Source: Eledone cirrhosa
Lineage: Eukaryota
Reading direction: 5' to 3'
Length of the DNA: 64,000 nucleotides
NCBI GenBank assembly: GCA_964016885.1
Contig: OZ024743.1
Span: forward strand, 179,490,001 to 179,554,000
Part shown: in pieces, positions 1-13,157 of the stretch
Layout of the letters: the number at the start of each line of letters is the position of its first letter
How positions within the stretch are numbered: position 1 is the stretch's first letter
The notes under the pieces: generated by a model
Database searches by the model: none
What the model saw: only the letters and a program-made list of their open reading frames with translations
What the model was told of the DNA's origin: nothing
Position numbers and translations under genes: made by a program

Positions 1-1789
1 CATAGACATGCTGATAGAAACAATCAAGCAAAAAGTGTCGGCCAAAGCTGCTCGTATAAGGCGCTTTGAAAAACGATCTAGATTCTATAAGGACAATAAT
101 ATGTTCAAAAACAACCAAAGAAACTTCTACAGAAAAATTGGTAAGTCAACAATAACTGCTAAATCAATACCACCCAAGGAGGAAGTGCAAGAATTCTGGG
201 AAAAGATCTGGGCCGAAGAAAAAGTTCATAACATACATGCCCCATGGACAGACAGACAAATGAAAGAAACAGCTCACCTTGAAGAACAAACATGGGAAAA
301 TATAACAGTTGAAGAGCTGCGCTTGGCTCTAAGAAAAACCAGCAAATGGAAATCCCCAGGAAAAGACAAAATACAAAACTTTTGGATAAATGCCTTCACA
401 GAGTCTCATGAGCTGTTAGCCCAACTTTACAATGAAATAGTTAAGGAGCCAGAAAAGATACCATCATGGCTAGTTAACGGCATTACATTCCTGCTACCGA
501 AGAATGATGAGACAAACAATCCCAAAAATTACAGACCGATAACCTGCTTGACCACAATGTATAAAATTTTAACATCAGTCCTAACTGAATACACATATGA
601 CCACCTGATAACAAATGACCTATTTCCCATTGAGCAGAAAGGGTGTAAACGAGGCTCATATGGCTGTAAGGATCAGCTTCTGGTTAACAAAATGATACTG
701 GAAGATTGTCATAATAGACACAAAAATCTATCGATTGCTTGGATAGATTATAAAAAAGCATTTGATAGTTTGCCACACAGTTGGATTGAAAAATGTTTAG
801 AGATTTTCAAAGTATCCCCCGTTGTCAGGAGGTTTTTGTCATTCAGTATGAAGACATGGAAAACGACACTCCTTTTGAATAGTGAAACAAAATCACTGGA
901 AGCTGGAGAAGTTAATATTAATTGTGGAATTTTTCAGGGTGACTCTTTATCACCGCTTTTATTCTGCATCGCACTTATACCATTAAGTAAAATGCTCAAT
1001 GAAACAAAACATGGATATAAAGTCTATGACAAAACCATTAATCACCTGTTCTACATGGATGACCTGAAACTATTTGCAAAAAATGATGAACAATTGCAAG
1101 GGCTATTATCCACTGTGAAGCAGTTCAGTGATGACATTAAAATGGAGTTTGGACTAGATAAATGTGCCAAAGCAACGTTCACCAGAGGAAAGCTGCTGAA
1201 GAGTTCAGACATTAATCTTGATCGGGGGAACGTGATAAGAGAACTTGATCAAGAAAAAACTTACAAATATCTAGGTGTTTGTGAAGGAGACGGAATCAAG
1301 CACTCGACAATGAGGGAAAGGATAAGGAAGGAATGTTACCGCAGAGTAAGAGCAATCTTAAGAACGGAATTGAATGCAAGGAATAGGATCGATGCCATAA
1401 ACACGCTTGCCATACCAGTAGTAACCTACAGTTACAATCTCATCAACTGGTCAAGCACAGAGATCCGTAGGCTCGATACAAAAATTCAAAAACTCTTAAC
1501 CATGCACAGAATGCATCACCCTAAGGCAGATATAGATAGAATATATCTCCCTAGGAAAGAAGGAGGACGTGGGTTAATCCAGTTAGACATTGCGTTGAAA
1601 ACTGCAACAATTGGATTATCTACATATCTAAGGGAATCACATGATTGGATGATCAAACTCGTTTTGAAACACGAAAGCATCAAAAGATCATATTCCATTA
1701 CAAAAGATGCACAAAGATACAGTAATGGACTACAAATTTCAGAAGTCCCATTTACTGCTGAAATGGAAAACACAGAAAAAGCAAAGCAG
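1..1789 (+). mobile_element. R4/Dong-clade non-LTR retrotransposon, RT region; runs off the window at 5', truncated at 3' before the RLE endonuclease
   Basis: ORF 8..1792 has KWKSPGKDKIQNFW, NYRPITCL, EQKGC, WIDYKKAFDSLPHSW, GIFQGDSLSPLLF, HLFYMDDLKL and HPKADIDRIYLPRKEGGRGL, all typical of R4/Dong RT. It ends abruptly at the junction with an opposite-strand LINE. Confidence 0.9.
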
Positions 1790-4198
1790 TAGATGACGGA
1801 CGCGATGTACGCATTCGCCACCTCCGCGCGACCTTTCAGTGATAGCTTCCTCCCAGCCCATTTTTGGGTGAGACTGGCTACTCTGCTCGTTAACTCGTCC
1901 CAATTCTTTTCCACCTGGAGGTCTGGTCCGAACCAAACCCCGAGCAACTTTACCGCTCCGTCCGTCCAGCGCCCCACGACGCTGTTGGACGACATGGGCT
2001 TTCTTCTCCAGGTTCCGAGCTGCAAGCCCACCGACTTTTCCAGGTTAAGTTTGGCTCCTGTCAACCTTTTATATTCCTTCAATAAGGTGCCGACCACCTC
2101 GATTTCTGAGGTGTTCGACACCATCACGGTGATGTCGTCCGTATAAGCCGACACCGCCTTTCCACGTCCCGGTTCGAGCGGGATGCCCTGCAACAGCTCC
2201 AGCTTCCGCAGTAAAGGCTCGAGAGTCAATACGTACAGAAGGGAAGAGAGAGGGCACCCTTGACGGACCGATCGGGAGAGCCGAAATGGTTCCGAGAGGT
2301 GGCCATTAACCTTGACCACCGAGCATGTGTCGCTGTGCATTGCAACGATCCAGTTTCTAAAGACAGGGCCGAAGCCAGCTGCTTTGAGGACATACTCCAG
2401 ATACCGATGGTCGACCCTATCGAATGCTTTCGATTGATCTAAATTGATCAGTGCCCCACCGAAGCCAGGTTTACACCCTACCCTCTCTATGATGTATCGC
2501 ATGAGGTGGAGATTGTCGTGTATGGACCTGGCTGGGATTGCGCAAGTTTGCGCCTCCCCAACCAAATCCTCAACGACAAGCGACAATCTCTTTGCTAACA
2601 CCTTGGCCAAAATCTTAAACTCTGTGTTGAGCAGAGTTATGGGCCTGAAGTTGTCTAATGTATACCTCTTGTTCTCGTCTTTCCTTATCAGCGTCACCAC
2701 TCCCCTGCTCACAGAACTGGGAATACTCCCATTCTGCTGCCAGTTACAGTAGAGTGCTTCAAGGAGTTCGGAGAACAAGTCTGGCATATTTACGTAAAGC
2801 TCGTAGGGCAGGCCATCCAAGCCTGGTGACTTGCGCCTCATGCAGCCGACAAGGGCGTCCTGAATTTCAGCTGAAGTAATCGGCCTTTCGCAGCGCTCAG
2901 CGTCGACCGTCGAGATGCGCGGCAAGCCGTCAAGGTAGGGACTGAAATCCGCTACTCTCTCTGACCCGCCACTCTCCCCGAACAACTGAGCAAAGTCCTG
3001 GCGAAAGGCCTCACACATCCGCTTGGAATCGCTTATCTCGTGTCCGTCTCGGTCCGCCAAAGACCGAATTGTGGTTTTATTACCACGCTGCGCCTCCACC
3101 ACGCGCGCCCATCGAACAGCTTTAGTTCCCTCGTTTCTCAGCGAACGCGCCTTAGCTCTGACAATGCAACCTTCGTGTTTGGCATTGAAGAAATGGTCTA
3201 ATGCCATTCTCGCCGCTAGCACGTCAGTTGCGATGCCACTACAAATAGCCTCGTCTAACTTATCTACCAGCTCCCCCTCCTTTCTATTTTTCTCTAACGC
3301 TAGTTCTTTGCTGAACTCTATCGAAGTTACTCTAATCTCTCTTTTGAGAGCCCCCCACCATCTGTTGTTGATGATCCCCCCTGTCAACTTTTGCTTAACT
3401 AACTTATTGACTCGGTCCCTGTAAGCCTTACGTGCCGGAAATGACATGTTCAGCTTCCAGTAACCCGGTCCTAACCTACGCGTTTTATTTAGGTCGACCG
3501 TACAGATCACAAATTTGTGATCTGAATAGGCGACCGTTTTAAAAAGTGGACAGCCCACACTATTTCTATCTATTTTCCTAATGAAGATTCTGTCTATATA
3601 CGATCTAGATGACCCCATTCGGTTGGTCCATGTCCATACTGGCACATTGGGGAAATCTAGTCGATACCTGTCAGACAGTTGGAACTGGCTGAGTATGTGC
3701 TTGAGGCTTTTGCACCCCTCGCTCCTATCAGCTACTCCCACACAATCCCAGCGTGCGTCTAAGATGCCATTCCAGTCCCCCGCTAACAGTAAAGGGCGAG
3801 ACGTACCCAGAAAGGTCTCCAGGCGCCTAAAGAAGTCAGGTCGTCCGGCCCCTGTAGGGGCGTAGGCGGCCAGCAGTCTAAAGGCACCACCTTCGCTACT
3901 GCTCACATCCAAGACCACCAACTTACCGTCCGGGTCCCGGAAGATCGACCTTACCTCGAGATCCAGTCCTTTCCTAAACAGCACTGCCACCCCACCCCCC
4001 CATTCCCGGCCTGCTAACAGATGCGAAGATCTGATAGTCGTCGAAAATGGGGGCTAGTGCACGCGTGTCGGAAATTCTGGTCCCGCTTACGGCAATCACA
4101 TCCATTTCCAGCGACCGGAGGTCGTTGAGCAGGCGACCCTGCTTCCAGGGTGACCCCAGGCCGCGAACATTTAAACTTCCTACTCTTAATATGGCCAT
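1790..4198 (-). pseudogene. Tx1-type ORF2 (APE endonuclease + RT), frameshifted and 3'-truncated
   Basis: MAILRVGSLNVRGL (APE start, 4198); frameshift in the G-run near 3990-4000; then GDWN, SYIDR, SDH, KSPGLDGL, NFRPITLLN, LDQSKAFDRVDH, VRQGCPLS and YTDD in place of YADD. Homology stops near 1790. Confidence 0.88.
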
Positions 4199-4199
4199 A

Positions 4200-6180
4200 T
4201 TGGTAAGCTAAGAGAGAGAGGGAAGGTTTACTTACCTCCCGGGTCTTGTGAAGGTCGGGTGGTTCGACCTCCATGGTTGGTGGGGTTTCTTTTGGGAACC
4301 CCTTTAAAAGTCTTGATGTTGGTTTCACATTCGGGTTTCCCACGTCTTGAGGAAAGCTCTCTCGAATTTCTTTGAAAGAATTGAGTGACATTCGGACCAG
4401 AAGCAAATCTTCTGGCACGCAAAATGTGCTCATTTCAAAAATCTCCCCCTCTGTTTGAATGTCCTCCCTTCGCGCTAAGAGGGCCATCAGTTTATCGTTG
4501 GCCCTTCTGACAAGCACGAAGTTTTTAACATTTTGTTGGTGTAGTTTTATTTGTTTTCGTTTTGGTGAAGGTGGTGGCGATGGTTTTGGTGGTGTTGTTT
4601 CGGGTATGTCTATGTTTGTTGTAGGTGTGGTGTCTGCAATTTCAGGTATTTGTGTGTTTATTTGTACTTGTGTTTGTTTAGGTTGTTTGCGTTTCGGGGA
4701 TTGTGGAGGTGGTGTCGATGTTGCTGTTGGTGATGATGTTATTGGGGAAGTGTTTTCGTTAGTGGTGTCTGTATTTTTTGTTGTGTGTGTTTTTGTGTTT
4801 TGTTGGGGCTTTTTTTGTGAGTTTTCTCTGTTTTTTTGCACTTTTGGGTTTTCCTACATCTTCGCTGCTGGAAGACAAAGGGTCTGTGTCTGTGAGTGTC
4901 TCTGTGTCTGTGTGTGCATTTATTGTTTTGTATATGTGTATAATTGGGGGGGGGGGAGTGGGAGAGCTTTTCTCGTTTTCTCCTTGGATTGGTTTTGGTG
5001 TTGGTGGTGATCCGGCTGTTTTTGATGTTGGTGTCCGTGTTTTTGTTGATGTTGTTTTTGGTGGTGGTGGTGGTGGTGCAGCTTTCCGTGCTGACACTGC
5101 CGTTGGCAACAAAGGAGGTTTGCGACCCTCTGCATTTTTGCGCTGAGAGCAGAAGGCTTGAAGATGCGTGGCTTCCCCGCAGACGAAGCAGCGTGGCCTT
5201 CTTCCGTCAATCATTAGTTGGATTGTTGTCCCGTCCTGCAGGCGGGCAAAATCGGGGATGTTATTCATATCCTCCGGTTTCATTTGGAGAAGAATCTCCA
5301 AATCCATTCTGGACCAGTCCTCTCTCTCTGTCCTTTTGATGTCGAGGAGGGTAGTGTCTGTCCCCTCCTCGATTACGCATCCCAGCAGCCACCATATATT
5401 CATTCCTGGTGGGATGCTGGGAATGCGTACCTTCACTGTCCGTTTACCCATATAGGACGGATGCATGATAATGCGTTCCGTGCTGCAGGGGATCACCGAG
5501 TGCTTAATAGCGAGGGCCTCGGATTTGAAGAGTACCGAGATGGTACCGAACTGTTTGCCTCTTGCTTTGTACTCTATGTTACTTCCGATGTACTCCAACG
5601 TAGCCTCTACCTTTGCTTGGCTCGCAAGTTCCACTTTTCGTGTCTGCACCGAAATACATCGAAAGAGCACCGTCCTCCTTTGCATGGCCGCTATTGCCTC
5701 GTCCGGGATGGTCAGGTTTGCCCAGGACTTCTCCCGTTTAATTAGCCTCCACGCTTTGGCTAACTGTTCGTCTTTATCGCTAATATCAATATCGATATTC
5801 AATAAGCGCTTTGTTTTTGCTGCTGCTGCTGCTGCAGCAAATGTGGTGTTTCTGATGCTCTTATTGTTGTTGTTGTCATTCTTGCTGTTGCCACCGCCAT
5901 CCTTGTTTACATTGAAGCTGTCAGTGTTTTTGTCGTTATTGCTCTGAGTTGTTGTTGTGGTGGTGGTGGTGGTGGTGGCGGTGGTGGTGATGTCGTTTTC
6001 AGATGATACTGCTGCTATGCCAGAAGATTGTGATGGTAGCTTTTTAGTTTTGCCTTCACATTCAGTAGAGTGGATGACAGGCATGACTGTAGCCGTCGTA
6101 GTCGTGGTGAAATCTGCAGTGGCTGCCTTTAAACTTTTGACCTGAACGTTGTTTACCGTTTCAAGGTCGAAAATTTCCAT
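4200..6180 (-). pseudogene. Tx1-type ORF1 (nucleic-acid-binding gag-like protein) with one apparent frameshift near 4790-4840
   Basis: ORF 4759..6180 contains the CX2CX4HX4C knuckle CFVCGEATHLQAFC. A T/P/K-rich tail continues in ORF 4014..4841. Confidence 0.8.
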
Positions 6181-6310
6181 AATTTTCTTTTGGTGGGGAA
6201 GCGATTTTTTTTCGAAGATTTTAAAAATAAATCTGAATATTCGGGCTTAAAGCCCGAATATTGAGAGGTATCCCTCTCTTTAAATCAAGATGTGTACCTT
6301 AAGTTTCGTT

Positions 6311-6340
6311 AATGATAATAATAATAATAATAATAATAAT

Positions 6341-6373
<33 letters not shown>
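6311..6373. repeat. (AAT)n microsatellite, likely Dong target site
   Basis: About 20 AAT units directly precede the Dong 5' end. Dong elements are known to target (TAA)n. Confidence 0.9.
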
Positions 6374-6374
<1 letters not shown>

Positions 6375-7190
6375 GAAGTGGTAACACGAAATGATTACCC
6401 CTTGGCGGATAAGGATAAAACGCGACAAAAGAAAGTAAATGTCTAATGATAAAATCTCATACCGGATCGGCCATCACCCGGGTAAAAAAGGGCCGCGTCC
6501 CTCAGAGAGGAACCAGACTGGGGTCGAAAAATCAAATGGTTCAAACCTTCCCAACACTTCAGAGCTGGAGACCTCCCATAACCGGAATACTTCTACTGTT
6601 GGCCCTCCATGCTCACCACCAAGAAATCCAAAGAAAAAGAGAGAAAAATGGTCAAGGGAAGATAATAAAGAAGTCCTTGAGGCTTTCTACACTGCCATCA
6701 AATACATCGAATACAGAACAGACATATATCAACTGGAAAAAGAAACATCCCGAAAACAGAGGCTATATTGACAGTAACAAACTAGCCAATATACGAAGAA
6801 ATATTGTAAGAAAAAAGTTACTAACTGATATAGAAATTGATCAGATCAAGCTAGTAGCACAAAGTCAGCGAAGGGAAAATGAAACATGTGTCAGTGAAAA
6901 CGAGGTAAACTGTAACACTTCGAATCCCAGGGTTGGGGCGGAATCACTGGCAACAGAACAAATTAAAGAAAGGATCGAAAAAGTGGAGGGAGTGCATGCT
7001 CAAGATGAAACTCCAAATGAAAATAATGAGATCGTAAATGATAAAGAAATGAATGAGAATGAACTTGCACACTTGAAGGATGAAATTATGATCGAATGGA
7101 TGAAATGAAAGAATCTGACATGGGGCAACGAGACACCCTCCCTAAGATCCAGAACTCCAAACAGAACCAAAAGATAATAAGTAAGTTTTT
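6374..7190 (+). mobile_element. R4/Dong element 5' fragment (5' UTR and N-terminal domain)
   Basis: KKREKWSREDNKEVLEAFY, then after a frameshift TEQTYINWKKKHP..SNKLANIRRNIVRKKLLTDIEIDQIK, resembling the R4/Dong N-terminal domain. Truncated near 7190. Confidence 0.7.
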
Positions 7191-8109
7191 GATTGTTTGC
7201 ATATTTAAAACAAATGTGATAGAATAATTCTTATTACAAATGGAACATAAGATATCAGTCTTAACTCTCAGGAATGGCAATGAATCACATTATGGCATAG
7301 GGCTCCAATATTTTATATTTAATTTTGTACCAGAAATTTTATAGTCAGAAAAGAAAATGGCTAGAAAACAACAGCCAAATAACTTCACCACCAACACCAC
7401 CACTGCCGCCGCCACCATCACCATCACCACTACCACAAAAAATCTAGCCAAATACAAACCAGCACCATCCCTATAGTACTGCTATCCCATCACCACCGCC
7501 ACCACTGCATCATCGCTACCACCACTATTCCCTCACTATTTAAGAGTTGTAGTGCCGCTACACATGAAAAGAAGCGAGGAAGGCATCAACAGATATGAAT
7601 AGCCTGGGTTAGTGACCTGGTCAAACAGGTAACAACAACAACAACAACACCAAAATAATTATGTTACTGTATCTCTAAATTCTCTCAAAATGTTTAGTTT
7701 AAACGATGTCAAATCTAAACTATAATATAATAATAATAATTGTTTCTGCTTTTGGCACGGGGCCAGCAATTGTCCCGGTGTGTTGCTGGTGCTTTGTTTT
7801 GTCGGCCCCGTACGGATGAAAGGGAAAAAAATAATAATAATTAGCAACAGGTCGAAAAATTATAGAACAGACACAGACTGAAGCAAATGCAACAACAAAC
7901 ACAAATTTCAAAATGTTTAACCCCTACTTTCCTTAGCAGCAGCAGCAACAACAACACTAGTAACCGATGTTACTGGCTTTGAAAAACGCAAAACGTAAAG
8001 GAAAAAAGACAAACAAACAAAAAAACTAAGTCAGACATTCAAACATTACAATGAAACTTATGTTTATTTTTTAAAGTTTTTATATATTTATTTGTTTATT
8101 TATTTATGT

Positions 8110-10450
8110 TCGTCTACAGCGTGAGGGTGCCACGCTAAAATCACCGGTGGTTATGTAACCATACATTTACCAATCCTCGATATGAGTGTTTAAATGTCGA
8201 ACCTAAACAGTTCGAATAACGGTGAAGAGGAGACTGGAACACCATGTGACAGCCTCTAACCCAGCAAGTGCCCCCTGGTCCAGCAGCAGGGACCTGGCTG
8301 TCATCCAAATACTGCTGGTGTTAGAGGAAGAAGAAGAAGGAAAGGGACAAGAACCAACTGGACGAAAGAATTGAATACAACTGTCAGGGAATGTTACCCG
8401 AAGAGAAACCCCAAGGAAAAAGCCTGTAGGAAACGGATGCATAACATCTGGAACGAGTTTGGACTATTTAAATTAGATGAACAAAAATTGGCCGGGCAGG
8501 CTCGGGTAATGAGAACTAATGGATGGATAAACGAGTTGGAACTGGAGGAACTGAGCAGAGAGATTGGGTTAGAAATGGAGAGTGGAGTATGCCAGGCAAA
8601 CGAGCCAGTGAGAAATGAAGGTGAAGAGGTTGATAAAAAAAGAAGAAACACCCGGAGCAGACAATGATCTGAATGCTGAAATAAATAACATCTGGAACAA
8701 AGATACGGCCATTGAGGAAATGAATGCTGACGGGCTAGGACAAGATTTGGTTGATATCCTAAACTTAGTGGTAGATGAAATGAACAATGATAGTGGGAAA
8801 CGTATGAACATAAGATTTGTAGACAGGAAAAAGTTAAAAGAAACAACAGCTAAGGTAAACAAAGTCATCCCATACCTTGAGGCGAGGAACCTTAAAAAAT
8901 GCAACAATATCCTCAAAGCAATAGCAAATGCGGTGAGGAAACATTGGCATAAAAACAAGAGGAAACAACAAACAAGAAAGATCAGAAACTTGGTGGAAGA
9001 AACGACTGAATGGTCAAATCAAGGAATTGAGAAATGACATTGGAAAGCTTGAGTCCCTCCTTATGGGACACTACAAAACATAGACACTAAAAATAGACTG
9101 GAAATAAAGTACAAAACTAGGAGGGAAAAGCTAAATATCATCATAGAGGAACTGAAGCAACGCATTGTAGCATAGAGTGCAAAGATTAGGCGGTATGAGT
9201 GCATAATCAGTCAGTATAGACAGAACCGCATGTTTGACAACAACCAGAAGATGTTGTTTGGACAGCTTGAAGGGAAAGAAAGACGCAACGACTTGATCCC
9301 TGAGGCGGAACAAACTAAGACATTCTGGAGAGGAATATGGGAGTAGGATGTTGAACATAATGATCAGGCAGTGTGGATTGAGACAGTAAAAAAGGAGATT
9401 AGTGAACAAGCACACCAACAAACTGATTTGAGTATCACAGTTGAAACTCTTAAAGGAGCAGACCAAAAAACTAACCAGCTGGAAATCACCAGGCCCAGAT
9501 GATGTGCAGTGGTATTGGATCAAAAATATAACACCCCTCCACCCGAAACTGACAACCATGTTCAATGACTGCTTGATGTCGGGTGAGGTACCAGAGTGAT
9601 TGACAAAACGTACCACAGTTCTGGTAATGAAAGACCAAATCAAGAGTAATGATGTTACCAACTATAGACCTATCACATGTCTGTCCGTAATGTGGAAACT
9701 GTTAACAAGCATTGTCTCTGAGGAAATCTACCATCACCTCCACATAAACAACTTGTTACCGGACGAACAGAATGGATGCCGAAAGAAGTCCCGTGGTACA
9801 AAGACCAATTACTTATTGATAAGATGGTAATAAGGAATCGTAAGAGGAGACACACTGGTCTTGCCATGGGATGGATAGATTACAAAAAGGCATTCGACAT
9901 GGTACCTCATTCTTGGATAACCAAAAGCCTAGAGATCTTCAAGGTGGCAGATAACATCAGACAGTTGTTGAGCAAAAGTATGAAGTCCTGGGAAACAGAG
10001 TTAACATCGGGTGGAGAATCCTTGGGAGGCGTGAAGATCAAAAGAATTATCTTCCTGGGAGATAGTTTTTCCCCTCTGTTGTTTGTCCTTGCCCTGATAC
10101 TCCTGACCATAATACTGCGAAAAGTGAGAGCAGGATACAAGTTGGGAAAAGGAGAGCTTACCATCAATCACCTCCTCTTCATGGATGATCTTAAACTCTT
10201 TGGGAAGAGTGAGAAGGAGTTGGATGTACTTGTTGACACTGTCCGTATTTTCAGCAATGATATATGTATGCAATTTGGTATTAATAAGTGTGGAGTCCTA
10301 GTGATGAAGAAGGAGTAAATTGAGCAGAAGCAACGGAATCCAGGTACCAACGGGTGAGATGATAAAGGAAATTAACACTGAAGAAGGATATAAATATTTA
10401 GGTGTTCTGGAGGCAGGTGACATCAAGAACAAAAAAATGAAATAAGTTGA
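8110..10450 (+). mobile_element. Decayed R4/Dong element (N-terminal domain through RT), many stops and frameshifts
   Basis: RKRMHNIW..LDEQKLAGQARV, WKSPGPD, NYRPITCL, WIDYKKAFDMVPHSW, NHLLFMDDLKL and YKYLGVLE; preceded by (TTTA)n-like repeats. Confidence 0.88.
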
Positions 10451-10521
10451 ATGTCTGTGTCAATATTGGTGGCGACGGCGATAGAAATGAAATAGAGTAG
10501 AAAAGAGAAATATATTTGTTA

Positions 10522-10523
<2 letters not shown>

Positions 10524-10584
<61 letters not shown>
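10524..10584. repeat. (GT)n microsatellite
   Basis: Perfect dinucleotide run. Confidence 0.95.
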
Positions 10585-10585
<1 letters not shown>

Positions 10586-11978
10586 TGTGCGTATGTAGCA
10601 AAGCTTTTTATCATCTTAATAATAGAAATAAGAATTATTCCATTAGTAGAAATGTAGAAGGATGTTATGTGTATGGGGGGAGGGGTATGCTTAGCATGTT
10701 AAGGTGTTAAAATATTAACGTATGTTAAAGTATATTTACCTCTGGTCTTTTATTTTCGAATATAGAGAAGGGCTTATGTGTGTGCGTGTGTGTGTGTGTG
10801 ACTGTTTTCATGTGTGTGTGTGTCTGTGTCTGTGTATGTGCGTGTGTGGATGGTTAGCATGTTATGGTGTTAACATAATAACAATATTAAAATATGTCTA
10901 ATGCTGGTCTATATTTTTGAATAAACATATTTTCCTTATTTATTCGTATTTGGTCTGTTGTATTGTCAGTGCAAAGATAAAGTGGGAAGACTTGGAATGT
11001 GGGTGTCTTATTGTTTGCACATATGTCTAGATGTAACTGGGTGATATGTCTTATGGTAGGGTCTCGTAATTGTTGGCGTAATTGTTTCTGAGGGTCAGTT
11101 TAGTTTGCCCTATATAGTCTTCATTACATCTTTTATATTTAATGGCATAAAGTCAATTTTTTGAGGAGCATGTGATATGATTTTTTACAACAAAATTTTG
11201 TCCTGATTGAAATGTATGCATTCTGCCTTCAATGAGACGTGTGCATGTTCCGCAATTAGAGCAACCAGATTTTTTGACAGTTGGTTTTGGGTTTATGGTG
11301 GATAATTTGGCATTGGTGAGTAATGTTTTCAGTGATTTATGTTGTCTTTTGTTTTTGATTATTTTGTGTGTTTCAAGCGTTTTTTTTTTTCATTCTTGGG
11401 TCTTGTTTCAATAGCAGGATGTTCTTGTGAATAATGTTGTATACTTCCCTATATTTCGTGGGTTGTGTGTTGAGACATATGATATAATATTGGACGTACC
11501 TTGAGTTTGCTTCGGTTTTCGTAATTCTTCAATGTCTGTAGCTTTAGCCCTTCCTATTCCATTATCTATTAATAACGGTGGATATTGTCTTTCGAGCAGA
11601 ATTTATTTTAATTCTTGAAGTCTTTTATTCCGCATTTCATAATTGGAGACAATTGTGCAAATTCTTCTTACTAGATTAAAAGGGATGTTCGTCTTCACGT
11701 GCTTTGGATGGCTGGAGATGTATAGCAGGTATTGTTCTGAATCTGTTGGTTTGTCGTGGATGTCAGTTTCAACATATGTGTCTTTCTAATTATCAAGATG
11801 TCCACAAATGGGAGTTGGTCTTGGCTGTATTCCATTGTGAATTGGGTATTGTTATTTATGCTGTTAATTAAATTTTTAGTTGGTCGAGTGTGTGAGACCA
11901 TAGAATAAGGCAGCCATCTTTCCAATTCTCTGACAACTATTTGTGGCAATTCAAGCCGCATTTTAATTTTAATGTTCA

Positions 11979-12934
11979 CTAGCAGTAAAGCCCGGCGTTG
12001 CTCGGGGTCGCTCAGTAGCTGTGTTAAAGTTACAATGTTAAGTTTCTTTCTTGGCTTAAAAACTGTAGTGTCTACTGTGCAGACTTGCATGTGGTGTTTT
12101 TGATTAATATTCCCTCAACCAACAATATGCCTTATGAAGTTAAGAAAACATAACGATAACCCGAATGTTATAACAAAAGAGGATGCTGGGGATAGAAACT
12201 GCACTGGTTATTTATTAACAAAGATCGAAAATGTAAACACTGCAACGCAGAGAAAAACATTAGCGTAACCAAATTATCAGTTATGTCTGTCTGCACGCCT
12301 ATATCACCTCTCTGCACGACTGTCTGTCTGCACGCCTATATCACCTCTCTGCACAACTGTCTGTCTGCACGCCTATATCACCTCTCTGCACGACTGTCTG
12401 TCTGCACGCCTATATCACCTCTCTGCACGACTATCTGTCTGCACGCGTATATCACCTCTCTGCACGACTGTCTGTCTGCACGACTGTCTGTCTGCACGCC
12501 TAACGACGAAATATTTGCTTGTTTTACGTAGTCTTTAAATAGACTTGTTTTCAAGTAAAAATATTGTTTTAAAATGCTTTTAAATGGAAATGAAGCAAAA
12601 CGGAAGCTATGTGTTCGCACTGATGAATTTTGTTCGTGTATTGTGTTAATGTCATTTTAAACGCTGAGAAAGCCAGCGTAATTTTTTTACGTAAGACGCT
12701 CAATGTAAACAGAACAAAGGGAAATAACTGATAACTTACGCTCAAAAATTGATACATTATATTCGATTTCGTCACATAGGGTGGGTCAATTTGAAATTTT
12801 TTTTTTCCGATGTCTTCGCTAGGGCTCAATGTACAAGTATAGCAATTTCGGTGCAATTCCGTGAGAGATTCTAAGAGGAGATGTGTGACAAAAATCGATA
12901 GACAGACAGACAACCACAGTTTTATATATATAGA
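11979..12934 (-). mobile_element. Non-autonomous Helitron
   Basis: Minus strand starts TC(TATATATATAAAA) and ends with the CCCGAGCAACGCCGGG hairpin plus CTAG. It sits between A and T with no TSD and splits the PLE RT. Confidence 0.85.
12285..12500. repeat. 37-bp minisatellite (about 5.5 copies) inside the Helitron
   Basis: Unit ctgtctgtctgcacgcctatatcacctctctgcacga. Confidence 0.9.
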
Positions 12935-13157
12935 TATATCTGGACTTCCAAGTATGCCATGACTACGTTGGCGGGCGTAAGTTGGAGCGACTATTGTACA
13001 CATCGCTGTTCCCGATATTTGTTTGTAAGTCATCAATCAACCAAATTAATTTTTTAAAAATCCCAGCAATTCGAGCCAGACTTTCCACATAAAACAGAAA
13101 GAACTTTCGAACACGAATCAGATGCGAGACAAACCACAAAACCTCCATGTCAATTAT

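Larger units (their letters stand above)
1790..6300 (-). mobile_element. Tx1/L1-clade non-LTR retrotransposon with 5' UTR, ORF1 and ORF2; 3' end missing
   Basis: Gag-like ORF1 with zinc knuckle followed by APE-RT ORF2, GC-richer than the flanks. The 5' boundary is approximate. Confidence 0.9.

Noticed and set aside
1516-1789. C-terminal 90 aa of the 824-aa minus-strand ORF as part of Tx1 ORF2
   Set aside because: It is read-through into the antisense strand of the Dong RT past the fusion point.
3974-4010. Programmed frameshift in Tx1 ORF2
   Set aside because: The break lies in a homopolymer run inside the APE domain; more likely mutation or sequencing error.
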